A stretch of 63,511 nt of DNA, counting the filler, from Octopus bimaculoides (taxonomy: Eukaryota), in the NCBI RefSeq assembly GCF_001194135.2. It is 7 parts of 6 records of this genome, joined end to end, with 100 filler letters (N's around TTAATTAATTAA, not from the genome) between each part and the next. Parts side by side here need not be neighbours in the genome. Positions count along the whole stretch, not along the records: positions 35,371 to 56,878 come from NC_069006.1; 6 more parts are not named here. One strand, 5' to 3'. The translations under genes and the position numbers were made by a program. Numbering within the stretch: the stretch's first letter is position 1; every line of letters begins with the position of its first letter. Positions 42,703 to 54,699 of the stretch are shown here, in pieces. A model generated the notes under the pieces. It was given only the letters and a program-made list of their open reading frames with translations. It was not told the DNA's origin and did no database searches.

Positions 42703-44165
42703 GCGATTTCAATCTTCGTAAGCTTTATAAAGTCACCCTCTTCCTAACACTGTTGGACATAAAACTGTAGAATTCACAGATATGAGGAATCATCTTCCTC
42801 AGGGAATCTGAGAAACTCAAAACAATTTGAGAGATTGTGTTTTGTTGAAGGTTTTGCTTTGAATTGTTGAATCTCTGGTCACCAGGAACCATTCCTGGGA
42901 ATGGCACTGAATCGAAAGAATCCTGAAACTCTGCATGAAAAGCCAAAGTACAAATACAAGAGAAACTAAGATGGGACTGGTAGAAATATCGAACAAGGAA
43001 GATGAGGTTAACGGCTGTTATTATCACCATTGTCATTGTTTTTACATCCTTTCCCATACTGGCATGGGTTGGATGTGACTTGCTAAGGCAGAGCTTTACA
43101 ATCAGATGTTGTGTCTGATGTCAACAGTTTTAGTTGCTTCTTGTGATACACAGGGAGATGGTCTGCTTGTTTGAAAGACTGGAATGCACGGCTTAAAGTT
43201 AATCCAGCATCATTGACAACATCCAAAGTATTTAGCTTTAATCTGGATAAAGATTTGGAGGAGAGGGATGAGCTTACCCCCCAAAAATGTGGCTATCACA
43301 GGAGAATCTGAAGACTCAGTTTTCAGCAAAGTAACAACATTAGAAATGGAGAAAAATAAAAATAATAAATGCATGAAAAAAAAAAAACACCAAAACAATT
43401 TAAATATTGAAAATTTTTCTTTCTCTTTTCGTTTGTTTTTTGGGATATTTATAAAACACAAACAAAACAAATGAAAAAAAAAAAAACCAACAAAACAAAA
43501 ATGTCTGAATTTTACATTTTGAGGAATTTGAAGAGAATAAAAACATGAAGTGAAAATGTTTGTTGAAAATTTCGGAAGAATCTTCAAATGTGATGACGCC
43601 TCTGCCAAAATAGGACGTTCAAAGTCGGAGTTGATGTTGATTGATAGAAGCAATTGCCAACAGCTTCAATATATAGTTCTTATGAGATCAACGATTTCTC
43701 TTTATTGCAGTTACAGTTTGTTGTAGACAAAGTAATGAGGTGTGTCCATGTCCCAGGAGGGGGTGGGGCAGTATTTAGGGAGCTGTTTAGGAAAATGACT
43801 GAGTTTCTGACATCTGCAAGTCACTGTGAGTATATACATGTATCTGTACATCTACTAGTGTGTCCATATTATAAATAAATCATATATATACGTATGTGTA
43901 TGTGTATGTGTGTGTGGATGCTGTTATTGAACAGTGAAAATGAGTGCTCAACACTTCATTGGTGGATAAATATTCTTCAATTTGGTACTCATCCAAAATG
44001 AAACCATTGGTAGCCTTAAACTACAAATAAAGTATATATATATATATTTATACACACACACACACACACACGTCATCTTATGTCCCATAAGTAGGGTAGC
44101 ATCAAACATGGTATCAATATCTTCTACATGTTGCTCTCCTTATAAAATAAATACACACACTTATG

Positions 44166-44205
<40 letters not shown>

Positions 44206-44809
44206 TACATTTCTATTTGTGAATGTGTAGTTAGCATCAACTTTAGAAGTAAAGACCCAGAGTTTGCGGGTGGCACACAAGAAACAGGACTACTAAGATG
44301 AGGAGAATGTACCTACATGTTCCAGATGAATAGGAATTGCTACATGTTTGTAACGAGATGTACTACATGTTAGGCATCCAGGTTACTCTGTCAAATGCAA
44401 TGCTTATTTCCTCACATTGTTTTCAATTAATCTTGTATTATCTCTCAGCGTCAAGGTTTTAGTAATGTGATTATCTATTCTTAGAATGATATTGCAGGGT
44501 AGGTGAGAGAGGCCAGATCTGGCTAGTTTAAATACCAAAGTGCTAAAATGTTGAGAATGTGCTTTGTACATAATTATTCTAAGTATATTTGTTACCTGCT
44601 GGAACTAACTTGAATGTTGATTTATGAACTTATATATATATATATATATATATATAATTCAAGAGAGTGAGGGGTTGAGGATTCAACCCACTAAGGGATA
44701 GTATCTATCCAATATACTGCTGGGAGGGTACCCAATTATTGTTACACTAGTGTTATACCAAGTGCAATAAGTGGGTGCGGGTAAAAGGGGGTTATTTTAC
44801 CCTAAATTT

Positions 44810-45037
44810 ATATAGCAATGAGAAAATGGAGGAGAATATGCGGTACCCATCGACTTGCAGACAATGTATTCCATTGATTAATCTGTTTATTTTATAACTA
44901 AATTGACAAAAAACACAGACACTGTATATTGTGTTTTTTGTCAATTTAGTTATAAAATAAACAAATTAATCAACGGAATACATTGTCTGCAAGTCGATGG
45001 GTACCGCATATTCTCCTCCATTTTCTTATTACTATAT
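44810..45037. repeat. Long near-perfect inverted repeat (~108-bp arms, 12-nt loop)
   Basis: Arm 44810-44917 pairs with 44930-45037; four non-Watson-Crick positions counted. Confidence 0.95.
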
Positions 45038-48000
45038 ATATATATATATACACTGTCTATATAGAGTTGTATAAATAAGAAAGAAATTATGAAACAAGTT
45101 GACCTGACAGAGAAACATATTAGCAGCAACACCTTAAACATAGGTTAGTAGTAGTGGTGGTGGTGGTGGTAGCAATATTTCATATATATATATATATATA
45201 TAGGTGTGTGGAGACACCTGGACAAATTGAGGATATGTGTGGTGGGGGAAGGAGGCTGAAGAGGAGTGTTTGTAAAGACAGCTGCCAACAAATTTGTTGT
45301 TAAACTAAAAAGGTTTGTATTTATTGGAAAGACAGACAGATTTTAAGACTTCACTGATTCTCAGGAGTTCCCCACCCCGACAACTCTTTTTCAACCCTTG
45401 GTCACCTTTGCCAAAACTGTCCCCACCCAGGACAATGTTAGCGTATCTAGCTCTACATTACCTAACCCATTTTAAGGTGGCAAAGCTGTGATTTGAGGGA
45501 GAGCTGGTTGCTACTTTTAGCAATTAAAGGGATTACTTGTTGGTTTTGTTTCAGGAATGGAAAGAGAGGAAGAGAAGGAGGAGTGGTGGTGTTGAGCAAT
45601 TAGCTTGATGACTGGAGTTAGTTTGGCCAGTGTGAAACATAACTGAGTCAGATTGTCAAAGAAACAGTGGTGACTGTGTTCACCAGACAATTACAATAGA
45701 GGTTTATATGGGGGACACACAGACACAGTGTTGTCATTATTATTATGGCAGTGGAATGGCAGAAACAATAGAGACGGGGGTATTAAATGCAGTTTAGTTC
45801 TGCCCTGTTCAAAAATCTTACCCGAACTTGCAGTTGTATGCCACCATCACCACCACTACTACTACCACCACAGTTATGGTTTATGAGGGGAGGGGCAATG
45901 CATTGGTAGAAACAATAGAGCAGCGAACTAGATACCTTATTCAGATTGACGTCTCTGCATTCTAAGTTCAAACCTCAGTGCGGAAATTCATTAATCCTCC
46001 ATGTTTAATACCTGTAATATACTGAGGCTGACTTCAAGTATTTGGCTTTTTCGTACATAGTAAATTTAATATATAACCCACCCAACCCCGCCTAGTCCTG
46101 GTTCTGGGTCCACTCTGTGCCAAGTATAAGGACCCTGTCTCTGGTGTGAGGAGATCTTAACATTCTTCCTTTCCTGATTGAGGTCCTTAAAATTTTTTTA
46201 AAAAAAACAATTTAATTTATTTATAAAAACGAATCGGAAGTGATTTGGTGTGATGATGATGGTAAAAGATCTGTCAGAGGATGGGCACAGGGAACAGCAA
46301 TTAAATTAATATAAATTAATTCGTTAGTAAAGAAAACAACTTCCAATCTACAGTACACATAACCAGTGAGATCACACATACACCTTGTGCACACACAATC
46401 AAGCACAAGCTCACACAGATGCATACGCTGTCCTCCCTGTCTTTTTTTCTGATGCTGGACAACACTATCACTCTACGGAAACTCTATTGGAATGTATAAA
46501 CATTGCTGGACGTTAGTTTTATGTCCGTTGTTTTAGGGTTTTGGCATGAATGACAGAGAAATGACTGTAAAAATGCATGGGTGTGTGTGTCTTGTGTATG
46601 TACATGCGTCACCAGATACTTATGTGTATACATGTAGCTAAACGTGTACACACACACACACACACATATACACACCTGCAGAACACGATAATAAGTAGAC
46701 ATTACGTCTGCTGTCTACTTCTCAGTCTACAATTTTTTCATGGTAGACAGCAATAAACGTAATGGTTAAGTTGAGGTGGGATTTTAAAATCCTGAGAAAC
46801 AATTAGGAATGGCAAAATTGTGTGCAAGAGTGCTGTTGCACTACATATATTACTGTGGTAGTAGTAGTAGTAGTAGTGTGTACAGTATTGTACTAGTACA
46901 ATACATACTATGCTACTGAATTAGTTGAGTACATATTGTAATAGTATAGTACGATACTGGTATAGTGCTGTATTAGCTGAGTACATATGAAACTGCAGTG
47001 GTACAGTCTATGTGGTAGTGTAATGATTGCTGAGTTCCAGTAATTATGTTGTAATTGTCACTGAAGTACAAAGTGTTTGGCTGGAGAGTGTGTGCGGTGC
47101 GGGGTATATGCAATGTGGTTGTGACCATAGTAAATAGGGGTGGGGTGGGGGCAGTTAATGCGTTAATGGGTTAAATATGATATAGTGATTCTGTGATAAA
47201 ATCTGGTAGGGGGNNNNNNNNNNNNNNNNNNNNNNNNNNNNNNNNNNNNNNNNNNNNNNNNNNNNNNNNNNNNNNNNNNNNNNNNNNNNNNNNNNNNNNN
47301 NNNNNNNNNNNNNNNNNNNNNNNNNNNNNNNNNNNNNNNNNNNNNNNNNNNNNNNNNNNNNNNNNNNNNNNNNNNNNNNNNNNNNNNNNNNNNNNNNNNN
47401 NNNNNNNNNNNNNNNNNNNNNNNNNNNNNNNNNNNNNNNNNNNNNNNNNNNNNNNNNNNNNNNNNNNNNNNNNNNNNNNNNNNNNNNNNNNNNNNNNNNN
47501 NNNNNNNNNNNNNNNNNNNNNNNNNNNNNNNNNNNNNNNNNNNNNNNNNNNNNNNNNNNNNNNNNNNNNNNNNNNNNNNNNNNNNNNNNNNNNNNNNNNN
47601 NNNNNNNNNNNNNNNNNNNNNNNNNNNNNNNNNNNNNNNNNNNNNNNNNNNNNNNNNNNNNNNNNNNNNNNNNNNNNNNNNNNNNNNNNNNNNNNNNNNN
47701 NNNNNNNNNNNNNNNNNNNNNNNNNNNNNNNNNNNNNNNNNNNNNNNNNNNNNNNNNNNNNNNNNNNNNNNNNNNNNNNNNNNNNNNNNNNNNNNNNNNN
47801 NNNNNNNNNNNNNNNNNNNNNNNNNNNNNNNNNNNNNNNNNNNNNNNNNNNNNNNNNNNNNNNNNNNNNNNNNNNNNNNNNNNNNNNNNNNNNNNNNNNN
47901 NNNNNNNNNNNNNNNNNNNNNNNNNNNNNNNNNNNNNNNNNNNNNNGAAAGAGAGAGAGAGAAGATCTACCTACAGTTAGTACCAAAGAAGCTAAAGATC

Positions 48001-48122
48001 AGACTCACTCCCCTTTCCCCCAACAATATATCCCCATTTAATTTTAGGGGTTCTCTCCTTAATTGAGGCACCAATGAAATCCCCCCCCACACACACACAC
48101 ACATGCAAAAAGCAACCCTTAC

Positions 48123-48227
48123 CATCATTTAGTTTCCGGAAAACAGTGACCACATCATTTGATTCTAAAGAGAGTTCATCTTTCTCATAAGCTTTATATG
48201 AACAAATGGCTTCCACTTCTGGACAAT
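48123..48227 (-). CDS. Exn: Ephexin exon, SH3 N-half ([35 protein letters not shown])
   Basis: ttttccag|AT...G|gtaagg; 105 nt; SH3 Y-x-A-x3-DELSL motif. Confidence 0.92.
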
Positions 48228-51200
48228 CTGGAAAATAATGGACAGAGAGGAAGATAAGGGACATAATGAGAGAAGAAGGGAAATATCTGTTGGCAGCATA
48301 ACACGGTAGGAATATATTTAACATAGCAGCCAAAGCTCCCTCAAATACCTCACCCTCATCATTTTAAACATCCATTTTCCCATATTTTCTTGGGTTTCAT
48401 GTATCTTCTCCAGTTCATGTAGTTAATGTTTGTCCTAGATACTACTAAACAGAGGAAGGTTAGTCATGGTTGGAGCACCTTTGATTAGGGCTGAGCTGAC
48501 CTGGGGTTGAATAACAACAGCTTAAAAATTAACCGTTTAGCATTTAAACTGGTCGTACGAGGCCCAAATATTCTCCCTGCTTTATGTTCAAACAAGGCAG
48601 GTCTGGTCTCTCACACCTACCCTACAATGTCATTTTGGAAAATAGACAATTAAATCACTGAAATCTGAAAGCTACAAGACAATGCACGATTAATTAAAAA
48701 CAACATGAATAAACAAGCATCACATTTGACAGAATAATGAGTGCTAAAAGGTTAAACCATAGCTTGTAATAAAATGTCAAAGGCAGGGAATGTGTAAAAC
48801 TCACCCCATGCTGAGTAAATTCTTTCATCGCCTTCCACTGTGACAGGGGTTACAGCAGTCAACCAACGTTCACAATCATTTCTAGAAAGAACAACAACAA
48901 AAAAATTGAACAACGCACACAAAAAAAAAACAAACATGTTTAGTGGTGTGGCACAATGTAACTGGGGAGGGCCAAAGTGGCACCCAGTTGCTACTAATAA
49001 CAATGTCTTTCATATGACGGAAGATATTTTCTTTTATTGGTTACTACGGCCATGTTGGAGCACTGCTTTCAAGACTATTCAAGTGTTTTGTTTTAAAACT
49101 TCTTTCACTAAGTTCAAAATGACAGAAAGCAAGAATGAGTCTGGGTGTAAAGGGATGTCACCAGGGCAGAACCAAATACCTATAGTCATCTACTACAGTC
49201 CCGGGCTGACCAACGCCTTGTGAGCGGATCCGGTAGACAGAAACTGGAAAGAAGCCCATTGTGTATGTACATGTATATTGTTCAGGGTCACTTTTCAGTG
49301 CCCTTAGTGCCGCAGGATCTGCTTATCTGGTATTAGTTGTTGCCAGTCATGTCCCTTCCCATGAGAAACAATGTACTGGAGGAGGATGAAGGCCTTGGAT
49401 CAATGCGGTCATTACTTTTAATGGGCAAGTAACCATGTGTGTTTGTGTGTGTGCTTATCCCCAACTTCTACTTGACATCTGGTGTTGGTTTATTTATGTC
49501 CCTATAACTTAGCAGTCCAGCAAAAAATGGCTGATGGAATAAGTATCAGATTTAACCCTTTAGTGTTTAAATCGGCCATATCAGGCCAAAATTGTCTTCC
49601 TGTTTTATGCTCAAACCAGCCAGCTCTGACCTCTCACAGCTACCCTACAAAGTCATTGTAAAAATAAACGGGGACATCATCAAAATCTTAGAGTTACAAG
49701 AAGCTGTACAATTAACTTAAAACAATGTAATCAAACAGGCTTTACCTTTGACAGGTTAATCTGAATGCTAAAGGGTTAAAAGAAAATAACATGTCTTGGG
49801 GCTGATTTGTTTGATTAAAGCCCTTCGAAGGCAATGATCCAGTATGGCCGTAATCTAATGATTGAAACAAGTGAAAGCTAAACTGATTATAAACAAAGCG
49901 TAGGAGTGGCTGTGTGGTAAGTAGCTTGCTTACCAACCACATGGTCCCGGGTTCAGTCCCACTGCATGGCATCTTGGGCAAGTGTCTTCTACTATAGCCT
50001 CGGGCCGACTAAAGCCTTGTGTGTGGATTTGGTAGACAGAAACTGAAAGAAGCCTGTCGTATATATGTATATATATATATATGCATGCGTGTATGTGTTT
50101 GTGTGTCTGTGTTTGTCCCCCCCAACATAGCTTGACAACCGATGCTGGTGTGTTTATGTCCCAGTAACTTAGCGGTTCGGCAAAAGAGACCGATAGAATA
50201 AGTACTAGGTTTCTAAAGAATAAGTCCTGGGGTCGATTTGCTCGACTAAAGGCAGTGCTCCAGCATGGCCACAGTCAAAAGACTGAGACAAATAAAAGAG
50301 TAAAGCTGATGTTCGACCGAAGCCTTCCTACTTACTCAGAATTAAAAGCCAAAATCATTTCCACTCTTTTGTTTTCAAAGTTCTCCAACATTACCAGCAA
50401 TATCAGAAAACGGACATTGGGTGGAACTCCATGAGGTAAAAGCTTACATTTGTCTGGGTCCCTGATACGTTGAGGGTCCAAAAAGGCACGTGAACAATAA
50501 TCGACAACATCATAATGGTTTCTAAGAAAAAGGAAAATGAAACCCAGTTAAAACACATATGATGAGGATGGCAAAAATTATCTAGGACAGCAAAATTCAG
50601 ACAGACAAGGATCATTAATTAACAAATACAGTAATGTCTCTATATACGAGTTAATTTGTTCCCAGAGACTGCTTGTAAAACGAAAACTCAAAAAGCAGAA
50701 CAATAATTTCCTAAAGTAGCAATGTTATAAATCATAATTCATTCCCCGCATAATATTTTACCTATAAAATTTATAATACTCGTAAATAAATTACAATAAA
50801 ACAACAGTAGAATGTAAAGAATATTTTATGTAAAGTAAATGGAATGTCAAGATCATTTATAATATAAAATATTATTATTATACAAAATGGCTGATAGTTA
50901 GCAAGGTGAGACACACATAAGAAAGAAGAAAGCAAAGGACCACTGATGAGGTCACAGAAGTGTGACGAAAGAACTCTGGCCGAAATAGGATTAATGTAAT
51001 ATAATGTAATATAAAGCTGAAACAAATTAACACTAAATATACAGTGCGTGTGTTTTTACTGGCAATATGACCATCCCCAAATACAACAACATTATTATAA
51101 TCATTTTCTGAATCACTGGCACTCGCATCAGACTTGTGCACATCATCCCTTGTAGACGTGATCGCTGATTCACAAGTACTTGTAGACAGACTTGTAGATT

Positions 51201-51687
51201 TCTTTATAAAAAAACAAGTCTACAGTTGTTTGCTTAGAAGTAGGAAGTAAAAGAGTAAAGAAAATCACAGCTGGCCACGTACCAGGGGTCACTAAAGAAG
51301 AATACTTTGAATTAGGTTTAGTTGGGACTTTAAAAAAAAAACCCCTTCATTGAATAAGATATAAACAAAGGGAGATTAAGAATCAGAAGTAATTAGCAGA
51401 GCAAAAGTTAATAAGAAACATGTTAATTAAGTAAAAATTAATAATTTAGTAATTAGAGTAATTACCCTCGTTTTTTGGTAACAAGTAGAAGATCATTAAA
51501 TAGAAATAAATAAATAGGATTTTTTGTTGGTTTACTTCTCTTGAATATTGTCTTACTTGACGGCTCACTGACAATCTCAATGGCTTCTCCCTTCTTTACC
51601 AACATCCGTGACGCCGAGATTAGGGGGAACTCCTGAAATTTGGGAGGAAAACACAACAAATCTGAATGAATATAGTTATAGGTGTGT

Positions 51688-51759
<72 letters not shown>

Positions 51760-54266
51760 ATCATTTGGCTGCTATAAAAATCATGAGCAATGTTGATGTT
51801 GTTGCTGTCACTTCTGTCAACAAGTGCATGGCTTAATGGTTAGGGCTCACAATCATAAAGGTCGTGAGTTCGATTCCTGGTGATGTGTTGTGTCCTTGAG
51901 CAAGACACTTTATTTCCTGTTGCTCCAGGTCACTCAGTGGGCAAAAATGAGCTCTACGTGTATTTCAAAGGGGCCAGCCTTGTAACATTCTGTGTGTCAC
52001 TTGAATCTCCTTGAGAATTATGTCAAAGGTACACAGGTCTGTGGAGCACTCAGCCACTTGCATGTTAATTTCATGAGCAGGCTGTTCCGTTGATCGGATT
52101 AACTGGAACCCTTGTCATCGTAACTGACAGAGAGCCAGCCTGCCAACAAATAGTTTGCTCACTTCACACATCCAAAGACTTGTGAAATAAAAGATATTTT
52201 ATTTGAAAAACAAGTAAGGGTTAGCGAGAGGAAAGGCATCCAGCTGTAGAACAATGCCTCAGGGATGTATTCATCTAACCCATGCTAACATGGGAAAAGG
52301 GATCATCGTCATCATCATCATCATCGTTTAACGTCCGCTTTCCAAGCTAGCATGGGTTGGACGATTTGACTGAGGACTGGTGAAACCAGATGGCTACACC
52401 AGGCTCCAATCTGATTTGGCAGAGTTTCTACAGCTGGATGCCCTTCCTAACGCCAACCACTCAGAGAGTGTAGTGGGTGCTTTATAAAAACAAATGGAAA
52501 TTATGTAAGTATGGATAGGTGTATATTTATTAAAAATATACAATGGAAAATGTGTGTATATTAAAGATGTACAATAAAAGCAAGTACTGCAGCATGGTCT
52601 TGCTCACATTGTCTAAAACTAAAGAGCATACTGTCACAAACACACAGACAGTTATGCACAAATACATAGACACACACACACAGAGACCCCTAGTGACGCC
52701 CTTACCTTGACCTTAAACTGCATCTGTTTCTGTAAGGCAATCAGTTCCTCCATACATTCCATCTGTCGTGCTCCCTCATTGCATTGTTTCACAATCTGGG
52801 GGTTATGTGAAGAGTCAGGCATGTTTAGAAAAAGGGAGAGAAAGAAAAGGGGACTGTGTCAGAGGATCGAAATAAACAAAATAATATATTTAAAAAAAAC
52901 AATGACAATAATGGGATCGACAATATGAGCTTAGAAATAGCAGCCAAATCTCTCCCTTAAACGATACATTACCACATTGGGAAAAAACACTTTAAGTACA
53001 CTATACCTGAAATGACAGGGGATAGTCATGGTTGGAATGCTTTTGGTCATATCAAGGATCAAAGCTACAATAGAATTGCCAGGAGTCACCAAAGGGGCAG
53101 TGACACTGACTGGCTAGGAATGGCAACCAAATCACACATTGCCATCTTGAGGAGATGTGATATCTTGAAATATCTGTGATATCCATTCCTTTTCTCAAGA
53201 CCCATAAAGACACACATGATGTGTAATGTTTCCAACTAGGAATTGAAACCAGACTGTTGGCTGTGTTTTATGTAATAAGAAACTCATCTACTGCATTTAC
53301 TGAAACTGTTTGTTTTTATAGGACTGTTAGGAAGGAACAACATAAACTATACATTCTGGGCAAAGATAAGTTGTGGCAATCATGCCTCTCCACAATATAC
53401 ACTGCAAATTGCAGAGGTTCAATGTCAGATGTTTGGGTGAATCAATAACAAAAATCTCTTGGTTCATCTGGGGATTGAACTCACTCACCTTGTTGATGGC
53501 CTGCAGTGCGATTTCAGCTGATCTGTATCGATCGGTGTTTGGGTCTAATCGATGTCGGATTGAATCAATGAGTAAGGGGATCCGTGTAATTCTCTGCATC
53601 GGAAGAAGCAGGAAAGTTTTCATTGGGAGCCGTTGACAGGCATCTTTGCGTTCAATTGATTTCAGAGCTGCCTCAAATTCAGGACGTTTTCTACAATAAA
53701 ATAAACAGACAATCATCATTGTCATTTAACGTCCATGTTTGATGCTGGATCTGACTACACTGAAGGCTTTGTTGGTCTCCAATTGTCTCTTTTGGCAAGG
53801 TTTTTACGGCTGAATGTCCTTCCTAACATCAGAGTGGAGATACAGTATCAAGCAGGGTGGTTTTATGCAAAATGTAGACAGGCTAAAATAGGATTGATGG
53901 ACAAAAATACGTGTCTAGCTGCTACAGGGAACAATAAAATAAAAAGTCTTGCAACTTCAGTTCTAAACAGGAAATGACATCAGACAAAAGAATTGGTTCA
54001 TATCAGACATTTACACAGACAAACAGAAGAGAGAGAGAGAGAGTTTGTGTAAATATTGAAGATTATCCATTATTGAATACTTACAGAAGTTTGTTGTACA
54101 TCCTCTCCTGGTATGACATGTTGGTACAGTAACGAATATAGACATTGAATGTGTTTTTCTGCACATGGTCTGTAATTATGTCACAAATATCGTGAATTTG
54201 TGATGACTTCTTCCAGCGCTCTTCCAGATCAGCAAGGAATCTGCAAACAGTCAGAAAATAATATAA

Positions 54267-54306
<40 letters not shown>

Positions 54307-54662
54307 TTATTCTTTTACTTGTTTCAGTCATTTGACTTCAGCCATGCTGGAGCACCACCTTTAGTCAAATAAAATCGACCCCAGGATGACTTATTCTTTG
54401 TAAGCCAAGTACTAACTCTATCGGTCTCTTTTGCAGCTGGTTTTTGCCAGCTGAGTGGACTGGAGCAATGTAGAATAAAGGGTGTTGCTCAAGGGCACAA
54501 TGTGCCACCAGGAATTGAACTTGTAATGTTATGATCATGAGCTGAACACCTTAACCACTCAGCCATGCACCTTCACATACATTTTATCATATCAGATATA
54601 TACCGCTTATATTGTGTAAACGATATATAGACAGAAAATAATGCGTGTATATAAAATGTACA

Positions 54663-54699
<37 letters not shown>

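Noticed and set aside
43686-43822. Alternative terminal exon for ephexin (cttgcag|AT GTC AGA...)
   Set aside because: Phase-compatible, but the translation has no SH3 similarity; the branch point at the gap is a better candidate.
50878-51210. Additional PH exon
   Set aside because: No similarity to ephexin, and exons 51466 and 50521 already join in phase with the expected sequence.
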